A DNA stretch of 64,000 nt from Verrucomicrobiota bacterium (lineage in GTDB: Bacteria > Verrucomicrobiota > Verrucomicrobiia > Limisphaerales > UBA8199). A model generated the notes under the pieces. The model was given only the letters and a program-made list of their open reading frames with translations, was not told the DNA's origin and ran no database searches. The position numbers were made by a program, and so were the translations under genes. The stretch covers positions 895-64,894 of the forward strand of contig JBEKJO010000012.1 of NCBI GenBank assembly GCA_050011195.1. Direction: 5' to 3'. Below, piece after piece: positions 15,343-25,497 of this stretch; position 1 is the first letter of the stretch, and every line of letters begins with the position of its first letter.

Positions 15343-15750
15343 CTAATCTGCCTCCGCGCCGCTCCGCGCCGCCGCGGGGGTGACTTTGGCAATCGCCTCG
15401 CGCAGGTTCTCCAGGAGAAAGGGTTTGCTGATGATCAGATCAACACCCGTGAGCGGATTGCCCGAAGCCTGGAGCATCTCGGCGTAGGCTGTAATCATCA
15501 CCACCGGCTGCTTCGGCGCCCGCGCTTTGATGGCCGCGGCCAACTCGTCCCCCTTCATCGCCGGCATCTGGAAATCAGTGATCACCAAATCGAATTGGCC
15601 CTCGTCGAGCATGGCCAAGGCCTCTTTTCCGTTGGCGGCGGTCTTGACCAGATGACCGTCGAAGTCCAGCATCATCTTGACGGCGTCGCAGACGAGCGGC
15701 TCGTCATCAACCACCAGAATGCGTCTTTGCGGAAAAGCTGCTGTTTGCAT
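15343..15750 (-). CDS. Single-domain response regulator (CheY-like receiver)
   Basis: RILVVDDEPLV...FDLVITDFQMPAMKGDEL...PVVMITAY. The ATG at 15750 is preferred; the ORF-track start is 15771. Confidence 0.85.
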   Translation of the reverse strand: MQTAAFPQRRILVVDDEPLVCDAVKMMLDFDGHLVKTAANGKEALAMLDEGQFDLVITDFQMPAMKGDELAAAIKARAPKQPVVMITAYAEMLQASGNPLTGVDLIISKPFLLENLREAIAKVTPAAARSGAEAD

Positions 15751-15791
15751 TGGCGTAACTATTAGGAGCACTGTACCGCCTTTCGGCAGAA

Positions 15792-18359
15792 TTGCCAGCT
15801 TTTCTTTTTTGCTCGCACTCCCCCCGAAAACCTGGTATTTATTGGGTTGTAGCTAAGCGCAAAGCGCAACACACCGGGCAAAACCGCTTGAACGTCAGAC
15901 TCACAGTCGCCCTGGCGGGTTGGCTGCTATTCGCAACCGCCCCAGCCGGCGCCCAAACCCTGAATCTTCCGCCCTGCCCCGCTGGCGCGCTGACCGGCAC
16001 CCAGTTCACCAATATCATCACGCCGATGTCGCTGACCGAGCGCGAGAATTGGATTTACGCGCAAGTCGTTAGCGGCAACGTGCCGAATTTCCAACGGACA
16101 CTCGTGCCGGTAACGGTGAGCGCCACCATTAACGGGGCCAGCCACACCGCGACTTACTACACGGCCCCCGACTACCTCGCCATCGGCACGGACGCGGACT
16201 ACTTCCTGGAGCCAACGACACCGCTGCTGGCCCAGCGTTTGTGCAATTTGCTTGGGTACACCCTGCCGACGCGCAAAATGGTGAATCAGATTTGGACCAA
16301 TGCCGCGGTGAAGCTGAACCCGCAACCGATCTCCCCCAGCGCTGCCATGATAACCGTGCCTGTCTTCGCCGAGGAAAACTACATGGTGCAGACCCAGCGC
16401 GATGCGTTTACCAATTCGTTTCCTCTCGGTGCACTCGTCAGCGGGGACAAGAAGGATGTCATCATTTCCACGATGATCTACACGAATTTCAACCAAACCA
16501 CCGGGGTTACCGACCCGGTCGTCATCTACGGCTGGCTCTACACCACCGGGGTTCCAATCCAGCCGATTTACAACGGCCACGAGAACACTTACATGGATTA
16601 CAGCCACGGCATCCGCCTGGTCCAAAACGCCATCACCGTGGATGGAAGCCCCAACACCATTACCAACGTCTTGACCAATCCCAACCTCGCCGCGCTCCTG
16701 AGCGATGAAGGGCCTAGCGAAGGGACAACCAGCGCCGGCGTCATCCTTGTCCCGCACTACACGATAGCGGCGCTGGCACCGGCGATCATTACCCAGCCGC
16801 GCAGCCAAACCGTGGTCCCCGGCGCCAGTCCCACCTATCGCGTGCTGGTCGCCGGCGACCCGCCGCTGAGCTATCGCTGGCAGTTCAATGGGGTATTCCT
16901 CGCCGGCGCGACCAACGCCAGCCTGCTCATCAGCAACGCCCAGGTTGCCAATGCCGGGAGCTACACCGTCGTCGTGACCAACAGCGCTGGTTCGGTCACC
17001 AGCCGGCCCGCGTTCCTTCGGGTGAACACGAATGTCCACCCGGTGCTCTTCGCCGACAACTTCGACACGGACACCTCGACGAATTGGAATCTGTTTTGGG
17101 GCGCGGCCAATGGCGTTGCCGATTACACGGCGGAATGGGCCTTTGATTACGGCACGACCCCCTACACCTTCAACGGCGTCACCGGCTTGATCCCGCCCGC
17201 GCCGAATTCCCCCGACGGCAGCACGAGCGGTGTGCGATTCACGGTGAACAACAATGACACCAATGCTTTCACCGCCGCCGTCAACATTTACCCCAAGGGG
17301 CAATCTTTCAGCAACAACTTCGCTTTGAAGTTCGATCTGTGGATCAACTACCCCGGGGATGCGGGCGGCATCAATTCAACCGGCAGCACGGAGTACGCGA
17401 TCTTCGGCATTGATCACCTCGGCACTGAGGTCAACTGGGACGCCCCCTCCGCCTCCTCTTCCGACGGCATTTGGTTTGGCGTCGATGGCGAGGGCGGCAG
17501 CGCAACGACCGACTACCGGGCCTATCTCGGCAACCCGTCGGGCACGCAGATCGATCTGGCGGCGCTGGGCACCAGCGGGTTAATCGCCTCGAACCACACG
17601 GCCACGATCTATCAGAACCTGTTTCCCTCCTCCCGCTTCGAGACCGCTGGCGCGCCCGGCAAGAACTGGATCGAGGTCGAGTTGCGTCAGACACATAATA
17701 TGATTCTCTGGCTCCTGGACGACACTGTGGTCGCGCAACGCACCAATACGTCGGTCTTCACCTCCGGCAACATCATGATCGGTTATATGGACCCCTACCC
17801 CTCGATCGCAAACCCGGCGGAGTATGCCTTCGTGCTTTTCGACAACGTGCGCGTGGAAGACCTCAGCGCCGCAGCGCTGCAGCCCCCCGCTATTTCATCC
17901 GAACCGGCCAGCCAAACCGTGACCTTGGGCACCAACGTCACTTTCACCGTCGGTGCGACCGGCTCGAATCCCCTTGGTTGCCAATGGCGGTTCACCGGCA
18001 CAAACCTCGCCGGCGCGACTAATCCATCGCTCTCGTTGACGAATGTTCAGACCGCGAGCGCTGGAGCGTATGATGTCGTGGTCAGCAACACCGCGGGCTT
18101 GGCTGCGAGTGCTCCGGCCACGCTGGCCGTGACTCTGCCCGAGGTCCGGTTCGTCTCGGTCGCCTTGCTGACCAACGGCCAGGCGCAACTTCTTTTCTCC
18201 GGCGTGCCGGGGCAGGATTATGTTATCCAGGCCTCCACCAACCTGGTGGACTGGATACCGATTTCGGTGCTCACCGCCAGCAACGGTCCCTTGCCCTTCA
18301 TTGATCCGGCGGCGACGAATTTCGCCTGGCGTTTCTATCGCGCACTAATGTCCAAGTGA
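15792..18359 (+). CDS. Large secreted protein with Ig (I-set-like) modules and a C-terminal RFYR module
   Basis: Signal-peptide-like RLTVALAGWLLFATAPAGAQT. Ig-like modules (..PLSYRWQFNG..AGSYTVVVTNSAG; ..LGCQWRFTG..AGAYDVVVSNTAG). The C-terminus reads QASTNLVDWIPI...NFAWRFYRAL. The start codon is uncertain (TTG in the ORF track). Confidence 0.75.
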   Translation: MPAFLFCSHSPRKPGIYWVVAKRKAQHTGQNRLNVRLTVALAGWLLFATAPAGAQTLNLPPCPAGALTGTQFTNIITPMSLTERENWIYAQVVSGNVPNFQRTLVPVTVSATINGASHTATYYTAPDYLAIGTDADYFLEPTTPLLAQRLCNLLGYTLPTRKMVNQIWTNAAVKLNPQPISPSAAMITVPVFAEENYMVQTQRDAFTNSFPLGALVSGDKKDVIISTMIYTNFNQTTGVTDPVVIYGWLYTTGVPIQPIYNGHENTYMDYSHGIRLVQNAITVDGSPNTITNVLTNPNLAALLSDEGPSEGTTSAGVILVPHYTIAALAPAIITQPRSQTVVPGASPTYRVLVAGDPPLSYRWQFNGVFLAGATNASLLISNAQVANAGSYTVVVTNSAGSVTSRPAFLRVNTNVHPVLFADNFDTDTSTNWNLFWGAANGVADYTAEWAFDYGTTPYTFNGVTGLIPPAPNSPDGSTSGVRFTVNNNDTNAFTAAVNIYPKGQSFSNNFALKFDLWINYPGDAGGINSTGSTEYAIFGIDHLGTEVNWDAPSASSSDGIWFGVDGEGGSATTDYRAYLGNPSGTQIDLAALGTSGLIASNHTATIYQNLFPSSRFETAGAPGKNWIEVELRQTHNMILWLLDDTVVAQRTNTSVFTSGNIMIGYMDPYPSIANPAEYAFVLFDNVRVEDLSAAALQPPAISSEPASQTVTLGTNVTFTVGATGSNPLGCQWRFTGTNLAGATNPSLSLTNVQTASAGAYDVVVSNTAGLAASAPATLAVTLPEVRFVSVALLTNGQAQLLFSGVPGQDYVIQASTNLVDWIPISVLTASNGPLPFIDPAATNFAWRFYRALMSK

Positions 18360-18433
18360 TCGACTTGGCCCCTTAGCGTCTGGACTCGGTGCTTCCTGTG
18401 CCCGGCCCACGGACCGGAGCGCGGAACTCCAGT

Positions 18434-19105
18434 TTAGATTGGCGCCGGCGCGCTTCCCTCGACCCAACCCTTGGACATGGCGTAGCGGGTCAACCCGGCG
18501 ATGTCGTGAATGTTCAGCTTATTCATCGCCTGCTGCCGATGCTTCTCCACCGTCTTGATGCTGATGGAGAGCTCGGCGGCGATCTGTTTGTTGACGAAGC
18601 CCTCGGCGACCAGTTGCAACACCTCCGCTTCGCGCGAACTCAACCTGGCGGCCTTCTTGTCCGCTGGCCCCACAGTAAAAGCATCGCGGCTCTGTTGGCG
18701 CAGACGTTTGGCGATCACCGGGCTGAAGAACGCAGTGCCTCTTCGCACCTCGCGAATCGCCTTCAACAGGTCAGCCGCCGCCGTTTGTTTCACGAGGTAC
18801 CCGATGGCTCCCGCCTCCATCAACTGTGCGACATAGTCATCATCCCCGTACGAAGTCAGCACCAGCACTTTGGCTGAGGGAACATTCCGTACGATCTGCC
18901 GCGTCGCTTCCAGACCGTTCATCCCTGGCATGGCCACATCCATGAGCACCACGTCCGGCAGGGTTTTCTTGGCCAACACCACCGCCGCTCGGCCGTTCTC
19001 CGCTTCGCCAACCACCGCGATGTCTCCCTCGGCCTCCAGCAAGGCGCGTAATCCCTGGCGAACGACCGCGTGATCGTCCACCAGCAAAACAGCAATCTTC
19101 TTCAT
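18434..19105 (-). CDS. NarL/LuxR-family response regulator (receiver domain plus LuxR-type HTH)
   Basis: KIAVLLVDDHAVVRQGL...DVVLMDVAMPGMNG. The C-terminus reads LSSREAEVLQLVAEGFVNKQIAAELSISIKTVEKHR. Confidence 0.9.
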   Translation of the reverse strand: MKKIAVLLVDDHAVVRQGLRALLEAEGDIAVVGEAENGRAAVVLAKKTLPDVVLMDVAMPGMNGLEATRQIVRNVPSAKVLVLTSYGDDDYVAQLMEAGAIGYLVKQTAAADLLKAIREVRRGTAFFSPVIAKRLRQQSRDAFTVGPADKKAARLSSREAEVLQLVAEGFVNKQIAAELSISIKTVEKHRQQAMNKLNIHDIAGLTRYAMSKGWVEGSAPAPI

Positions 19106-19266
19106 ACGAAATGAGTTGTTGCGCGCACCTACTTCCCGGGATGCGCTGCGCTCCGTTTAGCCTAACTGACCCCGGCCCACTTTCAAGCAAAATGTGCCCA
19201 AAATGTGCCCAAATGTACCGACTGTCAGCCGGGACTTGAAACCATCAGAAAGGCGCTCTTGAGCTT

Positions 19267-22200
19267 GTGTCGTGGCCGGCTTGCGCTTACAGTTGCCGCG
19301 TGAAGCCCCGGTTTTGTCCGAGTAGTGCGTTCAGCCTGATTGCGGTCGGTCTGCTGTTGGCGCCCTCCCCCACCCGAGCGCAAATGAAACCGATTCGTCT
19401 GCGCACCGGGGTCATCCCCGCCCAGGCCTCGCAGGGGGGCACCAGCCAAGCCCAATCGGCGCTGGCGCAGCCGCCGGTGTCGGGACTTTTCCTGATCCAG
19501 TTCAGCAGCCCGCCCGGGCGGGAAGCGCGCGAGCAACTCGCCGGTATCGGGGTGGACCTGCTGCGTTACGTTCCCGAAGATACTTTCATAGCGCGCCTGC
19601 GCGGCGTTAGCCTCGACCGAGTGCGGACCGCGCCCTTGGTGCAGTGGGTCGGCGAATACCGCCCGGCCTGCAAGGTTCATCCACGGCTGGCCGCCGCTGC
19701 GCGCGGGGCGCTGCAAACCAACCAGATCGTGGCGGTAAATGTTTTGCTCGCGCCCCAAGCCACGCCCGGTGAGATCGCCGAGGTGCGTTCCCTGTTCTCG
19801 ACCATCGCGCACGAAAGCCATTTGCGCCAGGGCACTATTTTGCGGGGTGGTTTAGCGCCCCACCGCCTGGAGGCGCTGGCGGAATCAAGTTCGGTCCTGT
19901 GGATCGAGCGCGCCCCCCGCCGAAAACTGGTGGACGAACTGGCGGCCAAGCTTGTGGGCGGCGACGATGGCCGAACCGGCACGCCGACGGTGACCCAGCA
20001 ACTCGGTTTTGGCGGATCAGGTGTCACGGTTTGCGTGGCGGATACCGGGCTGGACACCGGCGATACCAACACCATGCACCCAGACTTGAGGGGGCGCGTG
20101 ACGGGTTTTCAATACTATGGCTCTTCCCTGACGGATGGTTCGGATGGATACGGCCACGGCACGCACTGTGCCGGCATTGTCGCCGGCAACGCCGCCACGG
20201 GCGAGACAGACCCCGACACCGGGGCCTTCTACGGCCTGGGGGTCGCTTCGCAGGCGAACCTCTTCATCGAACGGATTTTCGACGACGATGCGAATGAGGT
20301 CGATCCGTTTCCCAGCGACGCAACGCTCACGCAGGACGCCGTGCGCAACGGGGCCGCCATCGGCTCGAACAGTTGGGGCAACGATGTTCAAGGGGAATAC
20401 GACACCGACGCGGCGCAATTCGACGAGCTGGTGCGGGATGCGGACCCATCGACGCCCGGGGACCAGCCTTACATTCTGGAATTCGCAGCCGGCAATGCCG
20501 GGCCCGATTCGCAGACCGTAGATAGCCCGGCGACAGGCAAGAATGTCATTGCCACCGGCGCCTCGGAAAACGTGACGGGGACTTTGGCGGAGACCTACGG
20601 ACTTTACGCCGACGACCCGGATACCATGGCGGATTTTTCCAGCCGCGGTCCATGCGAAGATGGCCGGATCAAGCCGGACTTAGTGGCGCCGGGCACTTGG
20701 ATCGCCTCCGCCGCCTCATCCGCAGCCCCGGACGAAGCGTCCATCGCCTGGACCGTGATTGACGACTATTACGTGTATATGGGTGGCACCAGCATGTCCG
20801 GACCTCACGCGGCGGGCGCCGCCGCCGTTTTCGTGCAGTATTACCAGAGCACGCACACGAACGCGCTGCCGTCGCCCGCGCTGGTCAAAGCGGCGCTGAT
20901 CAATTCGGCCAATGAGTTAGATGAACTGAACGGCGGGCCGGGTCCGATTCCCAACAACGACGAAGGCTGGGGCCGCATTACACTGACGAATATCATCGTC
21001 ACCAACGTCACCACCAATCCCCGCTACTTCGAATACGTGGACCAGACCGTCTTGCTGACCAACGGCCAGGTTTATGTCTATCACACCCTGGTCCAGAACT
21101 CGGATCAACCCTTCAAGGTCACGCTGGCCTATACCGACGTCGCCGGATTCCCGGGTGCGATCCCCGCGCTGGTAAACGATTTGGACCTCGAGGTCGTCGG
21201 TCCCGACGGCACCCTCTACCGTGGCAACCAGTTCGCCGGAAACGATTCCGTCCCCAACGCCCCTTCCCCCGACAACCTTAACAACGTCGAAGCCGTCCAC
21301 CTCAGTCAACCCCTGCCGGGCGACTACCTCGTCCGCGTCCGCGCCCGCCATGTCGTGCAGGATGCCCGGCTGGACACCGCCAGCATTGACCAGGATTTCG
21401 CGCTCGTCATCTCCGGTGACCTCGCCCGCCCCGGCGTCGGGTCCGTCCTGCTCGATCGCGCCACCTATACCGCGCCGAGCCTTATTCAGTTGTCCGTCTT
21501 TGACCCCGCCCGGGCCGCCAGCAACACCGTCAGCGTGCTGGTGAAAAGCACCACCGAAACCAACGGCGAAAACTTCACTTTGTATTCGGCCGGCAACTAC
21601 GGCGCGTTCACTGGTGCCGTCGCGACAGTCGTCGGTCCCGCCACCGTGGATGGGAAACTCGAAATTCACGACGGCGACACCATCGAAGCCGACTATTTTG
21701 ACAGCTCCGGCGTCAAGCGCATCGCCACCGCCTCGGCCGATCTGGTCCCGCCCGGCGTCAGCGGCGTCACCGCCACCGTGGACCTCGGCGTAATCACGAT
21801 CACGTGGCAGACGACCGAGCCAGCCAGTTCCATCGTCCGCTACGGCACCAATCTCACCTTCAACCTCGCCACAACGAATTCAGCGCTCGTCACCAGCCAT
21901 TCGGTCCGGTTGACCAAACTCATTCCCGGCCAAACCTACTTTTTCTATATCGTCTCCGCCGATGCCGCGGGAAACGTTGTCACGGACAACGATTCCGGCG
22001 CTTACTTCAGCTTCGTCGGCGTCCCCACGCCGACGGTCCTGCTCGTGGACGACTACGACACGGCGGGCGAGGAGGATGCTGGCGCCCCGGTCATTGACGA
22101 TGGTGTCTATACCAACGCCCTCACCTCCGCCGGCTTCAGCTACGGCTTCTGGAAGGTCAACCAGCGCGGTTACCCGCAGCTTTCCGACCTGCAGCCGTTT

Positions 22201-24738
22201 CCGGTCGTGATGTGGCGCACGACTGACGACATCATCTATTACGAAGGCACGAACAATACCCTCACCGCCCAGCAACAATTCATGATCGAGAATTACCTCA
22301 ATGGCGGCGGCTCCTTCTTCATGGCCTCCATGGGCATCCTCAGCCAGTTGGGGGATGTCGCCTTCCGGAAAGATGTCTTCCAGGTCGCCGGCTTTATTCA
22401 GAATCCCGACCCGCCGTCACCCTGCGACGATTGCGACGAGTATTTCGGCGTCCCCGCTATTCTTGGCGCTCCTGGCAATCCCATCTCCGGCGGGATGTAC
22501 GCCACCCTCGATTACAGCCAGTATCCCAGTTTTGACTTTGACGACTTCGCCTACGGACCGGATTTCTCGGACACCTTCACGCCCGGCACCAACGCCACTC
22601 CCATCGTCTTCGAGTCTGTTTCCGGCAAACCCTGCGGCATGAGCTATCCGCGCGTCGGCGTGGACAGCCCCGGTCGCGTCGTCTTTCTCTCCTTCCCCAT
22701 TGACGCTGTCCCGGCCACCGGAACCCCGCCCAATACCGGGGTCGTCCTGCTGCGCAACATTCTCAACTTCCTCACCCCGGGCGCCAACGGTGTCGGAACC
22801 ATCTCCCTCGACAACAGCGTTTATTCGATTCCCGAACAGATCACCGTTGAAGTGGGCGACTCTGACCTCACCGGCGCCGGCCAAACCCAGGCCACCTTCT
22901 CCACCAGCTCCAGCACCAACCGCGTCACCATTACCCTCAACGAAACCACCCACCCCGGACTGTTCCGCGGGTTCCTGACGCTGGTGGCCACCAACGCCGC
23001 CACGAATCAACTGACGGCCCGCAACGGGGATACCATCACAGCCAGTTACTTCGACGCCTCGAATAACAGCAATGTCGTCGCCACCGCAACCATTGACACC
23101 GTGCCGCCCGTCATCAGCCAGGTTGCCGCGGTCACCGGTTTCGGCGATGCCACGGTGAGCTGGATCACCTCAAAGCCGGCGGATTCGCTGGTCCAATACG
23201 GCGCGGTATTGCTGGATCAAACCGCCTACAGCGGGGCCTTGGTTACGAACCACGCCATCACCGTAGCGGGTCTCTTCGCCAACCGGAACTATTATTACCA
23301 GGTGACCAGCAGCGACGAGGCCGGTAACACGACCGTGGACGATAATCATGGGAAACTCTACACGTTCACGACCCGCAAGGCGCCTCAGCCTCCCTGGTTC
23401 GACAATTTGGAGAACGGCCCCGGTGATTGGACCGTCGTTCCGGATACCGTCAACGGCACGGATTTGAACTGGTCGCTCGGGACCCCCGACAACGGCCTGC
23501 AGACCTCCGCGCATTCAGGGACGAACGCCTGGGGCAGCAATCTCTACGGGCAGTCCTTCAACTTATTTGAAAGCACCTTCCTTTACAGCCCCGTGATTGA
23601 CCTCTCCGGCTTCAGTTCAGCCACCCTCACCTTCTGGCACTGCTTCGATTTCAGCTCCGGGTACGAATCCGGCCAACTGGGCATCAGCACCAGCAGCAGC
23701 ACGCCGCCGCTCAACATCCCTGGCCTGACAAACTATACCGGCCAAACCTCGCTCGATTGGACCCAGGCCACTGTGGACCTGACCGCATTCGTGGGGCAAA
23801 CCATCCAAGTCGTGTGGTACTATCAAGGGATTGACATTGACTCCCCCCCGAACGGCTGGCTGGTGGACGATGTCGGCATCACCGGCGTGGCCGGCGGCGG
23901 GACGATTGTCATCTCGAAGAACCTCGGGCAGGGAACCTTCACTCTCAACGGCCTCATCAGCCAATCCGGCACCTACCCCTTGACCACCATCACCAACGCG
24001 CCCCCCGGCCCTTATACGGTGCACTTTAGCGACGTCGCCTTTTATCAAACTCCCCTGGACCAGTCGAATACCCTCACTAACGGCAGCACTTTGAACTTCT
24101 CGGGCAATTACACCTTCATCGACGTTAACCACAACGGCATTTCCGACGCCTGGGAAGAGTACTACTTCGGTTCGGTGAGCACCAACCGGACGCAGTACAC
24201 GGACACGGATGGAAACGGGATGTCAGATTACGCCAAGTTCATCGCGGGCATCAATCCGACCAACCCGGCCTCCAAGTTCGTTATCCTTTCGGTAACGCTC
24301 CAGAGCAACAAGCTGTTCCAATTGCAATGGGCGGCCATTCCCGGCCGGCTTTATCAAGTTGAAACCTCCGCTCTCCTGCCCCTGCTGATCTCGCCCGCCA
24401 CGCTAGCCGGGTCGATTGACAATCTCAGCGGCAGCTTCAAACTCCATATCGACGCTCCAACTAACTTGCCTTACGCCATCCAGGTTTCCAGCAATCTCAC
24501 CGTCTGGACCTCGTTGTACACGAACCTGCCGGGCGGGAAGCTGGATTTCCTTGACCCTCAGGCTGCCCATTCCGCGCGCCGCTTTTACCGGACCCTGGCC
24601 TTGACTACGCCAGCCTCCACCAACCTCACCTGGGCGCCCGTCAGCGATTGGCTTCAGGCTTCCGGCAGTCCCATGTCCTATACCACGACCAACGCCAACC
24701 AGGGTTCGCGCTTTTTCCGAGTTCAGGTCCGACCATGA
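19267..24738 (+). CDS. Giant secreted subtilisin-like (S8) serine protease with FN3-like and other beta-sandwich domains and C-terminal RFYR/RFFR modules
   Basis: Catalytic triad contexts VCVADTGLDTGD, HGTHCAGIVAG and GGTSMSGPHAAGAAAVF. The signal peptide is KPRFCPSSAFSLIAVGLLLAPSPTRAQ. An alternative GTG start lies at 19300. Confidence 0.9.
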   Translation: MSWPACAYSCRVKPRFCPSSAFSLIAVGLLLAPSPTRAQMKPIRLRTGVIPAQASQGGTSQAQSALAQPPVSGLFLIQFSSPPGREAREQLAGIGVDLLRYVPEDTFIARLRGVSLDRVRTAPLVQWVGEYRPACKVHPRLAAAARGALQTNQIVAVNVLLAPQATPGEIAEVRSLFSTIAHESHLRQGTILRGGLAPHRLEALAESSSVLWIERAPRRKLVDELAAKLVGGDDGRTGTPTVTQQLGFGGSGVTVCVADTGLDTGDTNTMHPDLRGRVTGFQYYGSSLTDGSDGYGHGTHCAGIVAGNAATGETDPDTGAFYGLGVASQANLFIERIFDDDANEVDPFPSDATLTQDAVRNGAAIGSNSWGNDVQGEYDTDAAQFDELVRDADPSTPGDQPYILEFAAGNAGPDSQTVDSPATGKNVIATGASENVTGTLAETYGLYADDPDTMADFSSRGPCEDGRIKPDLVAPGTWIASAASSAAPDEASIAWTVIDDYYVYMGGTSMSGPHAAGAAAVFVQYYQSTHTNALPSPALVKAALINSANELDELNGGPGPIPNNDEGWGRITLTNIIVTNVTTNPRYFEYVDQTVLLTNGQVYVYHTLVQNSDQPFKVTLAYTDVAGFPGAIPALVNDLDLEVVGPDGTLYRGNQFAGNDSVPNAPSPDNLNNVEAVHLSQPLPGDYLVRVRARHVVQDARLDTASIDQDFALVISGDLARPGVGSVLLDRATYTAPSLIQLSVFDPARAASNTVSVLVKSTTETNGENFTLYSAGNYGAFTGAVATVVGPATVDGKLEIHDGDTIEADYFDSSGVKRIATASADLVPPGVSGVTATVDLGVITITWQTTEPASSIVRYGTNLTFNLATTNSALVTSHSVRLTKLIPGQTYFFYIVSADAAGNVVTDNDSGAYFSFVGVPTPTVLLVDDYDTAGEEDAGAPVIDDGVYTNALTSAGFSYGFWKVNQRGYPQLSDLQPFPVVMWRTTDDIIYYEGTNNTLTAQQQFMIENYLNGGGSFFMASMGILSQLGDVAFRKDVFQVAGFIQNPDPPSPCDDCDEYFGVPAILGAPGNPISGGMYATLDYSQYPSFDFDDFAYGPDFSDTFTPGTNATPIVFESVSGKPCGMSYPRVGVDSPGRVVFLSFPIDAVPATGTPPNTGVVLLRNILNFLTPGANGVGTISLDNSVYSIPEQITVEVGDSDLTGAGQTQATFSTSSSTNRVTITLNETTHPGLFRGFLTLVATNAATNQLTARNGDTITASYFDASNNSNVVATATIDTVPPVISQVAAVTGFGDATVSWITSKPADSLVQYGAVLLDQTAYSGALVTNHAITVAGLFANRNYYYQVTSSDEAGNTTVDDNHGKLYTFTTRKAPQPPWFDNLENGPGDWTVVPDTVNGTDLNWSLGTPDNGLQTSAHSGTNAWGSNLYGQSFNLFESTFLYSPVIDLSGFSSATLTFWHCFDFSSGYESGQLGISTSSSTPPLNIPGLTNYTGQTSLDWTQATVDLTAFVGQTIQVVWYYQGIDIDSPPNGWLVDDVGITGVAGGGTIVISKNLGQGTFTLNGLISQSGTYPLTTITNAPPGPYTVHFSDVAFYQTPLDQSNTLTNGSTLNFSGNYTFIDVNHNGISDAWEEYYFGSVSTNRTQYTDTDGNGMSDYAKFIAGINPTNPASKFVILSVTLQSNKLFQLQWAAIPGRLYQVETSALLPLLISPATLAGSIDNLSGSFKLHIDAPTNLPYAIQVSSNLTVWTSLYTNLPGGKLDFLDPQAAHSARRFYRTLALTTPASTNLTWAPVSDWLQASGSPMSYTTTNANQGSRFFRVQVRP

Positions 24739-24801
24739 AGACCGTTCCGTGGGTTGGGGGAGGGGGAACTGCTCAAACTTCTTGTCAGACCTTGGTCCCT
24801 G

Positions 24802-24843
24802 GACTTTGGACTTTAGACTTTAGACTTCAGACTTTAGGCTTCG
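24802..24843. repeat. 7-nt tandem repeat, about 6 units (gactttg gacttta gacttta gacttca gacttta ggcttcg)
   Basis: Read directly. It lies immediately upstream of ATG 24846. Confidence 0.9.
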
Positions 24844-24845
24844 TC

Positions 24846-25409
24846 ATGCTCATCGCCTTCCACAAACCCTGCGGCGTCCTCTCCCGATTCACGCCCGACG
24901 GTTCCCCCAATCGCACCCTGGCCGAATTTGCCTTCCCCAAGCAGGTCTATCCCATTGGCCGGCTCGATGCCGACTCCGAAGGATTGCTCCTGCTCAGCGA
25001 CGAGGCCGCGCTGAATGAACGATTGCTGCACCCGCGCCGCGCCCACCAGCGCGAATACTGGGCCCAGGTCGAACGAATTCCCCTGCCGGACGCCCTGCTC
25101 AAGCTGGCAAAAGGGCTGGTCATTCGCGAACGCCAGACGCTGCCCGGCCGCGCCTGGATTCTCGACCCGCAGCCGGACGTTCCCCCGCGTGACCCGCCGA
25201 TCCGCTTCCGCAAGACCGTGCCGGCCTGTTGGATTGGGTTGGAGTTGGCTGAAGGGAAGAACCGCCAGGTCCGCCGCATGACCGCCGCCATCGGCCATCC
25301 CACCTTGCGGCTTATCCGGGTGAGAATCGGGAACCTTGAACTGCGCGACCTGCCCCCCGGCGCCTGGCGAAAGCTAACCCCACTCGAGCGAACGCAACTG
25401 TTGTGCTGA
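24846..25409 (+). CDS. RNA pseudouridine synthase, RsuA/RluE family
   Basis: FHKPCGVLSRF, YPIGRLDADSEGLLLLSDE (catalytic Asp motif), REYWAQVE and GKNRQVRRM. The start is the internal ATG of ORF 24648..25409. Confidence 0.85.
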   Translation: MLIAFHKPCGVLSRFTPDGSPNRTLAEFAFPKQVYPIGRLDADSEGLLLLSDEAALNERLLHPRRAHQREYWAQVERIPLPDALLKLAKGLVIRERQTLPGRAWILDPQPDVPPRDPPIRFRKTVPACWIGLELAEGKNRQVRRMTAAIGHPTLRLIRVRIGNLELRDLPPGAWRKLTPLERTQLLC

Positions 25410-25452
25410 CCTTGCTGCCCTGCTCCGCCTGTCCGCAGGCTCAGCCTTCCTG

Positions 25453-25480
25453 AATCGCAAATCGTAAATCGCAAATCCCC
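25453..25480. repeat. 7-nt tandem repeat, 4 units (aatcgca aatcgta aatcgca aatcccc)
   Basis: Read directly, upstream of the GspE-like gene. Confidence 0.9.
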
Positions 25481-25497
25481 TCCTTCTGCCTTTTCTG

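Noticed and set aside
15927-17303. 458-aa minus-strand ORF inside the Ig-repeat protein gene. Similar shadow ORFs lie at 20917..21669, 25441..26361, 27851..28876, 31163..32515, 55645..56763 and 60710..61678.
   Set aside because: All are antisense to genes with strong homology signatures (S8 protease, GspE, GspF, glnA, TBDR, tonB/exbB). They have shadow-frame composition and no start context.
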